In this document: positions 37,258 to 47,067 of the stretch, piece by piece
How the letters are laid out: each line of letters opens with the position of its first letter
How positions within the stretch are numbered: position 1 is the stretch's first letter
Assembly: GCA_036395115.1 (NCBI GenBank)
Contig: DASWDU010000039.1
Span: 2-64,001, forward strand
From: Thermoplasmata archaeon
GTDB taxonomy: Archaea > Thermoplasmatota > Thermoplasmata > RBG-16-68-12
Reading direction: 5' to 3'
DNA: 64,000 bases
Program-made: the position numbers and the translations under genes
The notes under the pieces: generated by a model
Told to the model about the DNA's origin: nothing
What the model saw: the letters and a program-made list of their open reading frames with translations, nothing else
Database searches by the model: none

Positions 37258-38142
37258 TCATCGAGAAACAGGCGCGCCGCATTTGCGGCAAAATTCGTCG
37301 TCCGCGACGAGGCTCGCGCCGCACGACGCGCAGGCGCTCGCGACGAGCCGGGTGCCGCACTTCCGGCAGAATGCATCGTCTCCGTGGAGGGCCGCTCCGC
37401 AGTTCGGACACGCGCTCGTCGCGGCCTGAGCCGCCGGAGGTGCCGCCAACGCCGCTGCGACATCCACGGATTCGCCATCCGCCGCGCGCTTCGATTGCCG
37501 CGCGAGGCCAAGGGACCCGGTGTAGTCTTTCGCATCGAATCGCGCTTTGGCGGCGTCCAAGAGCTGCGTCGCCTGCCCGAGATCGCGTCCCGTCGCGCCG
37601 GCGGCCTCGATCGCCGTCGTGGCGACCTCAATCGAGAATTTCGACTGCATGAGGTTCGGCGGGAACTCCTTCTGGATGAGCTCCTTGGTCGTGACCTCCT
37701 CGGATGAGGTGGAGCGCGGGAGCCGCTCGAGCTTCACCAAGTCACCCTTCGAAGATTGCGCCGACTTCAGGGCAAGGAGCCGCTGCTTTGCCTTCGCCGT
37801 GAGGTCGACGGCCACGCGGTAGTTCCGGCGCGCGGAGGCTGTCTCGGCCTCACGCAACCAGTCGGCCGATTCCTCGCTCCGGATGCCCTGGCGCTGCATG
37901 GCCAACAGGATCGCTTTCGTCGTCACGATAGCATTGTGCGCTTCGTCGGTAAGCTCGTCGTCCCGCTTCGCCGTACGTAGCCGACGATTTTTCATCCGTT
38001 TCCGAAAGAACCGCATCTCGAGGAACGAGAGGACACCCAGGGCGACCGCGAACAAGATGAGCGCGACCGCGACCATCGGGTCCGTGCCGGGATCGGCCAT
38101 CGCGGCCGGTCGAGCCCGGTGAGCCCATAAAAGCATTTCCAC
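37258..38142 (-). CDS. Membrane-anchored protein with a C-terminal double zinc ribbon
   Basis: N-terminal TM helix, a long helical region, and a C-terminus of CPNCGA...CRKCG and CASCGA...CRKCG. Confidence 0.5.
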   Translation of the reverse strand: MEMLLWAHRARPAAMADPGTDPMVAVALILFAVALGVLSFLEMRFFRKRMKNRRLRTAKRDDELTDEAHNAIVTTKAILLAMQRQGIRSEESADWLREAETASARRNYRVAVDLTAKAKQRLLALKSAQSSKGDLVKLERLPRSTSSEEVTTKELIQKEFPPNLMQSKFSIEVATTAIEAAGATGRDLGQATQLLDAAKARFDAKDYTGSLGLARQSKRAADGESVDVAAALAAPPAAQAATSACPNCGAALHGDDAFCRKCGTRLVASACASCGASLVADDEFCRKCGAPVSR

Positions 38143-38181
38143 CCGTTTTTCCGAGGTGATTTCCTCCTCCGGACCCGAGGC

Positions 38182-39246
38182 TCAGCTCAGCACCTCGGAC
38201 AGGCGCCCCTCCTTCTGCGCCACACGAATCTCTCGGGCGATTCGGCGGCCCGTCGACATCCCTGGCTCCGCCAAATCCGCGTACGGCGACCCCGCGATGA
38301 ACAGGTTCGTCCCCGCGACGATTCGCGTGGAAATCTCAAACACTTTGAACTCGAGCCGGTCCGTGACAATCGTCTCGAGGCAGAACGGTCCGATCATGCC
38401 ACCGAACAGCGTGATGGACCGCTCGACGGCGCGCTCGCCCATCTCGAACGCCTTCGGGAGGAGCGACTCCCGCAGGACGACGGGCATGTTCCCTGTGACG
38501 ACGAACGTCGGAAGGAGGCCGATCTTCCGGAGCGCCTCCTGCGCCCCCAGCTTGTACATCTCGTCAATGTTCGCCTCGTCCCGCCGGTCGACGCCGAGCA
38601 TCTCCAAGGCGCCCTTCGAGAGCCGGTAGCCCGTCGTCGCCAGGGGCGAGTAGAAGTAGTGGATGTAGTACCGCGTGCCGACGACGTACTCCTGGATCGT
38701 GTACTTCATGCCCGGCCGGATCGACTCCTTGAAGTCCTCATAGTTCTTCGCGATGAAGGCGCCGCGGCCCCCCTTCGCGCCGTAGTACTTCACGAACACG
38801 GGTCGGTCGATATCCTGGGGCCGCTCGATCTTCGCCGGCATCGAGACGCCGGCGGAGGTCAGCCATTCCCGCTGCTTCTCTCGATCCGTCTCCCACCGCA
38901 GCACCTCGCGGTTCCCGAACGTCGGGATGCGGAGCTTCGCGAACGTCTCCGCGCCCATGTACTCCACGAAGGAGCCGTGCGGGACGGTGACGACCTGCTT
39001 CGCGACTAGGTCGTCCGCTTGGTCGACGATGTCGGCGTACGAGTCGACGAGGAGGAACTCATCCGGCCTCGCGAGCGGGAACGCATCGTAGAATCGCGGT
39101 CGCTCTCCGATCGCGATCCCCAACGTGCGGAACCCTTCCTGGCGGGCGCCATGGAAGATCTGCAGGGACGAATGGGAGCAGACCGTCGCGACGACGAGGT
39201 CCTCGTACTCCTTGAGGATGGACGTAATCGCGGAACGATTTACCAT
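38182..39246 (-). CDS. purP: 5-formaminoimidazole-4-carboxamide ribonucleotide synthetase (formate-dependent, ATP-grasp)
   Basis: N-terminal ATVCSHSSLQIF plus an ATP-grasp core are typical of archaeal PurP; 354 aa. Confidence 0.8.
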   Translation of the reverse strand: MVNRSAITSILKEYEDLVVATVCSHSSLQIFHGARQEGFRTLGIAIGERPRFYDAFPLARPDEFLLVDSYADIVDQADDLVAKQVVTVPHGSFVEYMGAETFAKLRIPTFGNREVLRWETDREKQREWLTSAGVSMPAKIERPQDIDRPVFVKYYGAKGGRGAFIAKNYEDFKESIRPGMKYTIQEYVVGTRYYIHYFYSPLATTGYRLSKGALEMLGVDRRDEANIDEMYKLGAQEALRKIGLLPTFVVTGNMPVVLRESLLPKAFEMGERAVERSITLFGGMIGPFCLETIVTDRLEFKVFEISTRIVAGTNLFIAGSPYADLAEPGMSTGRRIAREIRVAQKEGRLSEVLS

Positions 39247-39264
39247 TATCCGACGAATGCCCTC

Positions 39265-39285
39265 GGGGGATTAAAGGTTTAAGGC
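39265..39285 (-). promoter_or_regulatory. Putative TATA-like element (TTAAACCTTTAAT) upstream of purP
   Basis: An AT-rich patch about 20-35 nt upstream of the purP ATG, compatible with a leaderless transcript. Confidence 0.3.
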
Positions 39286-39398
39286 GCACGCGGCCATCGT
39301 TCGAGAGGCACATGGATTCGAACGCCAAGTTCGGCATCGTGCTCCTGTCTATATTGATCGTCGTGAGTCTCGGCTGAGTCAACTGGATGACGTCGAGC

Positions 39399-40265
39399 CT
39401 AAGGCTCGCCAACCCCATGCCGAGAAGCCAGGATCGCATCCGCTACTCGCATCGCGCGGACTGTATCCGCCACGTCGTGGGCACGGATCACGTGCGCTCC
39501 GTGAGCCACCGCCAGGGTCGCCGCCGCCACGCTGCCCGCCAAGCGGTCCCGCATCGGCTCGCCGCCCCCCAGGCGGGCGATGAAGGACTTCCGAGAGACG
39601 CCGACGACGACGGGATGACCGAGCGCGGCAATCGGGTCGAGGTTTCTGAGGATGGCGAGGTTGTGCTCGACGGACTTTCCGAACCCGACTCCAGGGTCGA
39701 TGGCGATCGCTTGACGTTCGACGCCGTCCTCCATCGCCGCTTTCACGCGGCCGGCCAGGAGGTCCCGGATTTCCCCGACTACGTCGGCGTACTGGGGCGC
39801 CGTCTGCATCGTCATCGGGACGCCCTGCATGTGCATGACGACCGCGCCGGCGCGCGCCCTCGAGATGACCCGGGCCATGCGCGGATCGGAGAGACCGCTC
39901 ACGTCGTTCACGATCGCGGCGCCGCGCTCGAGGGCCTTCGCGGCGATTTCGGGTTTCCGCGTGTCGATCGAAATCGGGATGTCGAGTTTGCGCACGACGG
40001 ACTGCAACACGGGATCGACCCGTCGCCATTCCTCATCGGCCGGCACCGTCGCCGATCCGGGACGGGTGGATTCTCCGCCAACATCCAGGATCGAGGCGCC
40101 TTGCTCCGCGATGTCGAGCGCCCTTTGAATCGCCGCCTCCGGGGCGGAGTAGCGTCCGCCGTCGGAAAAGGAGTCCGGCGTGACGTTCAGAACGCCCATC
40201 ACGTGAGTCCGATCGAGCACGATCTCCCCGAGCCGATGGCGCCACATGCGCGCGGACTCCGCCAC
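39399..40265 (-). CDS. folP: Dihydropteroate synthase
   Basis: MGVLNVTPDSFSDGG, ILDVGGESTRPG and VNDVSG are pterin-binding TIM-barrel motifs. Confidence 0.85.
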   Translation of the reverse strand: MAESARMWRHRLGEIVLDRTHVMGVLNVTPDSFSDGGRYSAPEAAIQRALDIAEQGASILDVGGESTRPGSATVPADEEWRRVDPVLQSVVRKLDIPISIDTRKPEIAAKALERGAAIVNDVSGLSDPRMARVISRARAGAVVMHMQGVPMTMQTAPQYADVVGEIRDLLAGRVKAAMEDGVERQAIAIDPGVGFGKSVEHNLAILRNLDPIAALGHPVVVGVSRKSFIARLGGGEPMRDRLAGSVAAATLAVAHGAHVIRAHDVADTVRAMRVADAILASRHGVGEP

Positions 40266-40339
40266 GTGCCGCCATCGCCCGCGGTGTATTTCAGCGCGCG
40301 CGGAGCTTTATTATCCGGCAGTCGGTACGCGAGCCCGAT

Positions 40340-42238
40340 ATGCGAATCCTATTCCTCCATGTGGATTACCTCGAGTACGAGATCCGGGAGAAGGCCCTGA
40401 AGGACGTCGAGGACGTCCCCGCGTCGAGACGAAGAGGGCGCGTCGAAGAGGCGCTCGTCTGCTTCATCACCGCCGAGAAACGGGATGAGCGGGACCCAAG
40501 GGCGACTGCGCAGCAGGCCTCGACGAACATCGAGGACGTCGCCGGCCAGGTCGGCACGAAACGCGTCGTCCTGTATCCGTACGCGCACCTAAGCTCTTCC
40601 CTGGCAGCCCCGGGACCCGCGCAGGAGATCCTCCGCTCCCTGGAGAAGGACCTTGCCCATCGCACCTTCGACGTCCACGCGTCGCCGTTCGGTTACTACA
40701 AATCCTTCAAGGTCGCCGTGAAAGGCCACCCGCTGAGCGAACTCTCGCGGGAGATCGTCGTGGAGGCCGCCGCGGCCCGGACAGAGGAGATCTCCGAAGC
40801 GGTCCGAGCGGAGACGCGGCTCGTCTCCCACTGGCACGTCCTCGAACCGAACGGGGAGCTCCATCCGCTCGCGATCACGGATGGAAAGCTTGGAGGATTC
40901 GACTTCCGGGGCCACGATCGCCTCGAGCGATTCGCGAAGTATGAGATGGCGAAGTCGCGGGAGGTGCGAGAGGAGCCGCCGCACGTCCGCCTGATGCAGG
41001 ACCTCGAACTCGTGGACTACGAGCCCGGATCGGATCCGGGCAATCTCCGTTTCTACCCGAAGGGGCGGCTGATCAAGGCCCTCCTCGAGGAGATCGTCTC
41101 CCGCCGGATCCAAGAGTACGGCGCGATGGAGGTCGAGAGCCCGGTCATGTATGACTTCGAGCACCCCGCGCTGAAGTCGTACCTGAACCGCTTCCCCGCG
41201 CGACAGTACGTCGTCCAGACGCCGAACAAGAAGGCGTTCCTCCGCTTCAGCGCGTGCTTCGGCCAGTTCCTGATCATGAAGGACATGGTGCTCTCGTACA
41301 AGCAGCTCCCGCTGGCCCTCTACGAGCTGACCCGCTACTCGTTCCGCGCGGAACAGCGGGGCGAGCTCGCGGGGCTCCGGAGGCTCCGGGCCTTCACGAT
41401 GCCCGACTGCCACGCCCTGTGCGCGGACGTCGAGCAGGCGAAGGCGCACATGATGATCCGGTTCGAAGTCGCTTGGAAACTCATGTCCGACGTTGGATTC
41501 GCGATGCCCGACGACTTCGAGGTCGGGATGCGGGTCACGGAGCCGTTCTGGCGGCAGCACAAGGACTTCGTGATCGCGTATGCGAAACGATGGGGCAAAC
41601 CGCTGCTCGTCGAGATGTGGTCGGAGCAGTCCTTCTACTACGCGATGAAGTACGAATGGAATTTCGTCGACACGAACGACAAGGCGGCCGCGCTGACGAC
41701 GGACCAAATCGACACGGAGAACGCGAAGCGTTTCGGGATTACCTTCACGGACGAAAAAGGCGTGGAGCGGCACCCCTTGATCCTGCATCTCTCTCCGAGC
41801 GGTGCGATCGAGCGGGTCCTGTACGCCTTCCTGGAGAAGGCCGCTGCGGACTCCAAACGGGATAAGCCGCCCATGCTCCCGGTTTGGCTCGCGCCGACGC
41901 AGGTCCGGGTGGTGCCGGTGAGCGGGGACCAGCTCGACCACGCCCGCGGCCTCCTCGAGCGATTCCCCGAGGTGCGAGTCGACGTCGACGACACCAACGA
42001 CACTCTCGCCAAGAAGATCCGTCGCGCGGAGAAGGAGTGGGTCCCCTACATCGTCGTCGTGGGCAAGAAGGAGATCGAGAGCGGGGTGCTCAACGTCCGG
42101 GTGCGGGCGACGAAGGCGCAGGCCCAGATGTCCGTCGACGAGTTGCAGAAACGGATCCGAGCCGACACTGCGGGGCGTCCGTTCCGGGCCCTCGCGGAGC
42201 CACCGGCCGTGAGCGCTCGGCCGACGTTTCACGGATGA
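40340..42238 (+). CDS. thrS: Threonine--tRNA ligase, archaeal type, with N-terminal editing domain
   Basis: 632 aa. The N-terminus MRILFLHVDYLEYEIREKAL is the archaeal ThrRS editing domain. A class II catalytic core and a C-terminal anticodon-binding domain follow. Confidence 0.9.
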   Translation: MRILFLHVDYLEYEIREKALKDVEDVPASRRRGRVEEALVCFITAEKRDERDPRATAQQASTNIEDVAGQVGTKRVVLYPYAHLSSSLAAPGPAQEILRSLEKDLAHRTFDVHASPFGYYKSFKVAVKGHPLSELSREIVVEAAAARTEEISEAVRAETRLVSHWHVLEPNGELHPLAITDGKLGGFDFRGHDRLERFAKYEMAKSREVREEPPHVRLMQDLELVDYEPGSDPGNLRFYPKGRLIKALLEEIVSRRIQEYGAMEVESPVMYDFEHPALKSYLNRFPARQYVVQTPNKKAFLRFSACFGQFLIMKDMVLSYKQLPLALYELTRYSFRAEQRGELAGLRRLRAFTMPDCHALCADVEQAKAHMMIRFEVAWKLMSDVGFAMPDDFEVGMRVTEPFWRQHKDFVIAYAKRWGKPLLVEMWSEQSFYYAMKYEWNFVDTNDKAAALTTDQIDTENAKRFGITFTDEKGVERHPLILHLSPSGAIERVLYAFLEKAAADSKRDKPPMLPVWLAPTQVRVVPVSGDQLDHARGLLERFPEVRVDVDDTNDTLAKKIRRAEKEWVPYIVVVGKKEIESGVLNVRVRATKAQAQMSVDELQKRIRADTAGRPFRALAEPPAVSARPTFHG

Positions 42239-42319
42239 TCCGCCCGAACGGAATTCTCAATCGTGAGAACGGCGGGCGATCGGTTATGAATGCCGCCCCG
42301 CTCCGCGTGACGTGGTCGC

Positions 42320-42991
42320 ATGAAACGCGATCTCTTCGAGCGGATCCTCGGAATCGGGGTCCTCGCCCTCGGCCTCGCGGTCATCTTGTTCACGTTCTCC
42401 CAGGCGCTGGCAATCGCGACGAACCCGGGCCCGTGGCTCGGCGGCCAACTCCCGCAAAACCCGCAGCAGGCGGGACCGATCGCCTCGTTCGACTGGACGA
42501 GCAGCGACGCCACCGTCACGTTCGCGGACTCGAGCGGACCGGGAGACGCCTCGATCGTCTCATGGGACTGGGACTTCGGCGACGGGCAGCGGGGCAGCGT
42601 GCCGAATCCGACGCATACCTACTCGTCGTACACGGCATACCAGGCGAGCCTCGTCGTCCGGGATGCGAATGGGAAGGAGAGCATCGCGTTGGCTCAGGTC
42701 ACGACGGTCCTCGGCGACACGCGATCCGGACGGGGCTTCAACACGCCGACCGCCGCGGGACTGAACCTCAACCTGGACCTCGCGGAGCTCCTCCTTCCGG
42801 TCGCGATCGTCTTCCTCACCTCCGGCCTCTTCCTCGTCATGACCGTCGCGGGCGGGTCGATCATGAAGGCGGGCTGGAACATCTTGAAACCAAAGCCGGA
42901 GACGATCCACGTCCGGCTGAAGCCGAAGCACCTCGCCCAGGCGCTCGAGGAGGACTCGACGCTGACAATCCCGCCGCCCCCCGCGACGTAG
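42320..42991 (+). CDS. PKD-domain membrane protein (N- and C-terminal TM helices)
   Basis: WDWDFGDGQRGSVPNPTHTYSSYTAYQASLVVRDANG is a PKD-domain consensus. Confidence 0.6.
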   Translation: MKRDLFERILGIGVLALGLAVILFTFSQALAIATNPGPWLGGQLPQNPQQAGPIASFDWTSSDATVTFADSSGPGDASIVSWDWDFGDGQRGSVPNPTHTYSSYTAYQASLVVRDANGKESIALAQVTTVLGDTRSGRGFNTPTAAGLNLNLDLAELLLPVAIVFLTSGLFLVMTVAGGSIMKAGWNILKPKPETIHVRLKPKHLAQALEEDSTLTIPPPPAT

Positions 42992-42993
42992 GT

Positions 42994-44091
42994 TCAGCGA
43001 CGACCCGGCGTCCGCGGGAAGTCGCTCGCGAGGGAGTCCGACTGCGAGGACTCGGAGACAACGTCCGCGATGGAGACGGAGCCTTGCACCGCGTCGACGA
43101 TGGGGGATCGGACCCCCGTCATGATCGCGAGAACCCGGAGGATCCCCTCATATTTGGGATCCACCCGGACCCCGAAGATGACGTTCGCGTCGGCCCGAAT
43201 TTCCTCCGTCAGACCCTCCACCACCGCATTTGCCGTCCGCAGGCGGAGGCCCGGGCCAGCGCTGATGTGGATCAGCGCACCGCTCGCGCCCCGGTAATCG
43301 ACGTCGAGGAGCGGGTTGTCGAGGGTATCGGAAACGACTTGGTCCGTGTCGTCTTCCGCGTTCTCCCCGTAGAACACGGTCGACGTCCCACCCGACTCGA
43401 GGATCGTGCGCACGTCGCTGAAGTCTAAGTTGATCAAGGAGGGGAGCGTGATCGACTCCGTGATGCCTTTGATGACCTCGCTGATTAGATGGTCCATCAC
43501 GGCGAACGCATGTTCGACGGGCAAGTTCGGGACGAGGTCGAGCAAGCGGTTGTTGTCCAGCACGATGAGCGAGTCGGAGCAACCCCGGAGACGCTGGATC
43601 CCGGCCCGGGCGTTGCCCATCCGGCCCCGCTCCGCCCGGAACGGCGTCGTGGCCAGGGTGATGACGACGCTGCCTGCGGCCTGCGCCAGATCCGCGACGA
43701 ACGGGGCGATTCCCGTCCCCGTGCCGCCGCCGAGGCCGACCGTGATGAACGTGAGGTCGGCGTCGCCGATCTGATTCCGTAGTTCCTCCTCGGCGAGCTC
43801 TGCGCATCGCTCGCCGATCTCGGGCTTGCCGCCCGCTCCCATCCCGCGCGTGACCCCGCCGCCGATCAAGACCTTACGGTCCGCTTGGATCGAATCGAGG
43901 TGCACGGCGTCCGTGTTCACGACGACGGTCCGGGCCCCGTGGATGCCCATCCGGTGCAGCCGGGCGACGGAGTTCCCTCCCGCGCCCCCGCATCCGATGA
44001 CGAGGACCCGCGGCCGGCCGAACGCAAACGTGTCGAGGAACGACTGGTTCCCGGAACGCTGCGCGGTCTCGAGGCCCATCCTTGGTCCCAT
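42994..44091 (-). CDS. ftsZ: Cell division GTPase FtsZ
   Basis: VIGCGGAGGN, the GGGTGTG tubulin signature, and the T7 loop NLDFSDV are present. Start taken as the internal Met pair at MGPRMGLE within ORF 42994-45012. Confidence 0.9.
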   Translation of the reverse strand: MGPRMGLETAQRSGNQSFLDTFAFGRPRVLVIGCGGAGGNSVARLHRMGIHGARTVVVNTDAVHLDSIQADRKVLIGGGVTRGMGAGGKPEIGERCAELAEEELRNQIGDADLTFITVGLGGGTGTGIAPFVADLAQAAGSVVITLATTPFRAERGRMGNARAGIQRLRGCSDSLIVLDNNRLLDLVPNLPVEHAFAVMDHLISEVIKGITESITLPSLINLDFSDVRTILESGGTSTVFYGENAEDDTDQVVSDTLDNPLLDVDYRGASGALIHISAGPGLRLRTANAVVEGLTEEIRADANVIFGVRVDPKYEGILRVLAIMTGVRSPIVDAVQGSVSIADVVSESSQSDSLASDFPRTPGRR

Positions 44092-44165
44092 CCTCGGCGA
44101 GGCGCGGCGGGCGTCGCCGATGCTGCTGGCGCGTCTGAGGGGCGCGCGCTCCCGGCCACGATGCG

Positions 44166-44531
44166 CTAGCGCTCGGCCCCTTCCATGGCCTTGTGGAGCC
44201 GGCGGCGGACGTACTCCCGGACCGCGTTGCGGACCGCGTCTTCGACGGACACGGAGTCGCCCGACTTCACGAGCTGCTGCAGGTCCACCACGTTCCCCTT
44301 CGGCAGCTCGATCATGAGCTTGCGAATGTAATCCGGCGCGAAATGGATGTCGATGAACCGGTCGATCGCGGCGCGGATCGCATCGGACACGGTGTCGAAC
44401 TCCCCGCTCTTCACGAGCTGGTGGAGCGCCTTGACCTTGTCCGGTGGCAAACGAATTGTAACCCGTTCCGATTCCGCTGGCATGGATCGCGAGCCCTTGT
44501 CCGACGTTTTGAGTCGATTTGTCTGACACAT
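44166..44531 (-). CDS. Tandem ribbon-helix-helix (CopG-like) DNA-binding protein
   Basis: Two RHH repeats (VTIRLPPDKVKALHQLVKSGEFDTVSDAIRAAI and MIELPKGNVVDLQQLVKSGDSVSVEDAVRNAV). Directly upstream of ftsZ on the same strand. Confidence 0.55.
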   Translation of the reverse strand: MCQTNRLKTSDKGSRSMPAESERVTIRLPPDKVKALHQLVKSGEFDTVSDAIRAAIDRFIDIHFAPDYIRKLMIELPKGNVVDLQQLVKSGDSVSVEDAVRNAVREYVRRRLHKAMEGAER

Positions 44532-44612
44532 CGCATTCGGCGTATTTAAACCGTTGTGGGAGGCCCGGACCTTGACAATGCGATCGGTCGTTGACCGGTC
44601 CGGCGACGCGAC

Positions 44613-45260
44613 TCACGCGGGCGGCAGGAGCTTCGCGAGGCCCCGGGTCTCCGCGAAGGCGGCCCCGTGGGCGCGCATCTCCCGAATCGCCAATTCCGAG
44701 TCGCCCGGCCTCACGTCGACGCCGCGGATCGCATCTTTCAACACGTGGACTTTCAGGCCGCGACGCAGCGCATCGAGCGTCGACGCTCGGACGCAGTAGT
44801 CCGTTGCGAGTCCGCAGATGAAGAGTTCGCCGACGCCAATCTCCTGCAGGACCGATTCGAGGTCTCGACCCCGGCCCGTCAGGGCCTGGAAGGCGGAGTA
44901 CGAGTCTTGCTCCGCATCCATGCCCTTGGAGAGGATCATCGCGCGATCCGGGATCGCGAGGTCCGGATGGAACCGCGCGCCTTTCGTGCCTTGGACGCAG
45001 TGAGGCGGCCACGCCCCGCCGAACGCCTTGAAGTGCTTCGTCTCGCGCGGATGCAAGTCCCGGGTGAAAAGGATCGGGAGACCCCGCCTCTCGAAGAGCC
45101 GGATCGTGCGGTTGATGCGCGGGATGATCGAATCGCCGTCCGGAACGCCGAGCGCCCCGCCCGGACAGAAGTCGTTCTGGACGTCGACTACCAGCAAGGC
45201 GAGCGTCGGGCCCACGTTCTCGGTCGGCGAATCCGGAGACCCGCTAAAAGGTTGGCGCAT
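44613..45260 (-). CDS. pncA: Isochorismatase-family hydrolase, nicotinamidase/pyrazinamidase-like
   Basis: ALLVVDVQNDFCPGGAL ... catalytic Cys in LFICGLATDYCV; 215 aa. Confidence 0.7.
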   Translation of the reverse strand: MRQPFSGSPDSPTENVGPTLALLVVDVQNDFCPGGALGVPDGDSIIPRINRTIRLFERRGLPILFTRDLHPRETKHFKAFGGAWPPHCVQGTKGARFHPDLAIPDRAMILSKGMDAEQDSYSAFQALTGRGRDLESVLQEIGVGELFICGLATDYCVRASTLDALRRGLKVHVLKDAIRGVDVRPGDSELAIREMRAHGAAFAETRGLAKLLPPA

Positions 45261-45783
45261 CCCGGATTCGGTCGAAGTCCTCCCCGTAGTCGTCCCGGAA
45301 CGCCATGTCCGGTGGGAGGAGGTCGAACCAACGCGCCTCGACCACCTCGTGGCCCGGGCGGAGGTCCGTCGCCGAGGCGCGTGCGATGAACTGCGCGAAG
45401 TAGCCGTGGCGAACCCGGACGCCGTCCGTGACCGCCTCGTGGATGATCCTCGTGAGGACCGGATCGCGGAGTCCGATCCCGACTTCCTCGAGGACTTCCC
45501 GGCGTAGCCCGGCGTCGGTCCGCTCGCCCTTCTCGAGCAACCCGCCGGGCGTGAACCACATGCCGGCGGAGGAAGGCCGCCGGACGCGGACCAGGACCAC
45601 GGACCCCCGGCCGTCGTGGATGAGGCCGCCCGCCGCCCAGAAGGGGGCACGGCCGCGTCCGCGGAAAGAAGGGTCGTCCGGCGCGGCCATCCGGGTCCGC
45701 CGCACGATCGGGACGCGACCGAAACGGGCGAAGGCGTCCGCCATCCGGTCTTTGCACTCTCCCGGACACATCGCCGATTCCAA
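45244..45783 (-). CDS. NUDIX hydrolase
   Basis: The Nudix box GGLLEKGERTDAGLRREVLEEVGI is present. The 3' end overlaps the pncA start by about 17 nt. Confidence 0.7.
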   Translation of the reverse strand: MESAMCPGECKDRMADAFARFGRVPIVRRTRMAAPDDPSFRGRGRAPFWAAGGLIHDGRGSVVLVRVRRPSSAGMWFTPGGLLEKGERTDAGLRREVLEEVGIGLRDPVLTRIIHEAVTDGVRVRHGYFAQFIARASATDLRPGHEVVEARWFDLLPPDMAFRDDYGEDFDRIRDAPTF

Positions 45784-45785
45784 CG

Positions 45786-46064
45786 ATGGGAAGCTTATTT
45801 AACACCGCGCCGAGTTCCCAGCCGAGCACCGGAGGTGCGCGCGTGCCCCTCGAGGACGTCACGGACCGGGCCAACAAGGTCTACGACGCGATGAAGTCCG
45901 CCGGCATCACGTCGGAGGAGAAGATGCGGGATGCGGAAGCGATCACCAAGATGTCGAAGCTCTCGAAGAATTTCGTCCTGCAGGCCCTCCAAGAATTGCA
46001 GTCGAAAGGCTACGCGAGACGGAAGGCCCGGGAGAAAGCCGCGGGCTACTACCTCGTCAAGTGA
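45786..46064 (+). CDS. Hypothetical small protein, possibly winged-helix
   Basis: 92 aa. The C-terminus NFVLQALQELQSKGYARRKAREKAAGYYLV looks like a wHTH recognition helix plus wing. Confidence 0.35.
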   Translation: MGSLFNTAPSSQPSTGGARVPLEDVTDRANKVYDAMKSAGITSEEKMRDAEAITKMSKLSKNFVLQALQELQSKGYARRKAREKAAGYYLVK

Positions 46065-46081
46065 GACGTCCGCAAGGGGCG

Positions 46082-47035
46082 TCAACGGCGCTTCGGCCGC
46101 AGCGCGGCGGCGATCATCATCGGCAAGAGAGCCGAGGCATCCCCCTCGATCGTCACGTGCTTCGCCGTCGGTTTCACCTTCCCCCACGAGATGCCTTCCC
46201 GCATCCGCGCTCCGCTCAGGCTCCCGTCCGACTCCGGCGCCGTCGTGATGTAGACGGCGTGGTCGAGGCCGCCGCGGAACTGGTTCCACCAGATCGTGTG
46301 ATGCTTCGACACACCGCCCCCGATCATCAACGCGCCCGTCTCCTTCGCTGCGAAGACGAGGTCCGCGAGTTCGGCCTCGTCGCGGAACTGGTCGATCCCG
46401 AAGTCCTTGTGGTCCTGCCAGAACGACCACAGCTGGTAGCCGACAGCCCCATCGAACATCGCGGGCACATAGACCGGGATGCGGTTCTTCCAGGCCCACC
46501 AGAGAAGCGATTCCCGGCTCCCGGCGCGGCGGCCGAGTTCCCACAGGAGCTCCTTCGTCGAGAGGGACCGCCGCCCGGACTCCCAGAGCGCCCGGAGCAT
46601 CGGTCGGAGTTTCTTCTCCAGGACAATGCCGTACGACTCGTTCGGCACCAAGATGTTGCCGAGCCGGTTCACGCCGAGCCGGTGCAGCTCGACATCGTCG
46701 AGGTCGAAACTCCCGTGGTAGTACGGGCTCCAGACCCGCGCGAGGTCGTGGTCCGCGGTCCCGCACGTCGTCACAACGACGTCCACGAGCCTCCGCTCGA
46801 CCAGCCCCCGCAAGATCCCCCGGATGCCGGTGGCCATGAGGGCCGCGGGGAACGAGAGGAACGTCGTACAGCCCGCGCGGCGGAACATCGCCCGCAGGAT
46901 TCCGACGCCGTCCGCAATCTTCTTGGCGGTGAACCCGCCGGCTCGGTCCATCTCCTCGACCAACGCCGCGACGTCGCCGGCGCGGGCCAGATCGATGTCC
47001 TCCACCTTGCGACGCAACAGGTCTCCCTTGCGCAT
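46082..47035 (-). CDS. dys: Deoxyhypusine synthase
   Basis: VVVTTCGTADHDL..., GGGVSKHH and the C-terminal IEGDASALLP are present. Start taken as the internal Met at MRKGDLL within ORF 46082-47149. Confidence 0.85.
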   Translation of the reverse strand: MRKGDLLRRKVEDIDLARAGDVAALVEEMDRAGGFTAKKIADGVGILRAMFRRAGCTTFLSFPAALMATGIRGILRGLVERRLVDVVVTTCGTADHDLARVWSPYYHGSFDLDDVELHRLGVNRLGNILVPNESYGIVLEKKLRPMLRALWESGRRSLSTKELLWELGRRAGSRESLLWWAWKNRIPVYVPAMFDGAVGYQLWSFWQDHKDFGIDQFRDEAELADLVFAAKETGALMIGGGVSKHHTIWWNQFRGGLDHAVYITTAPESDGSLSGARMREGISWGKVKPTAKHVTIEGDASALLPMMIAAALRPKRR

Positions 47036-47067
47036 CCGGCGCCGAATCCTGGGATCTCGATAAAAGG

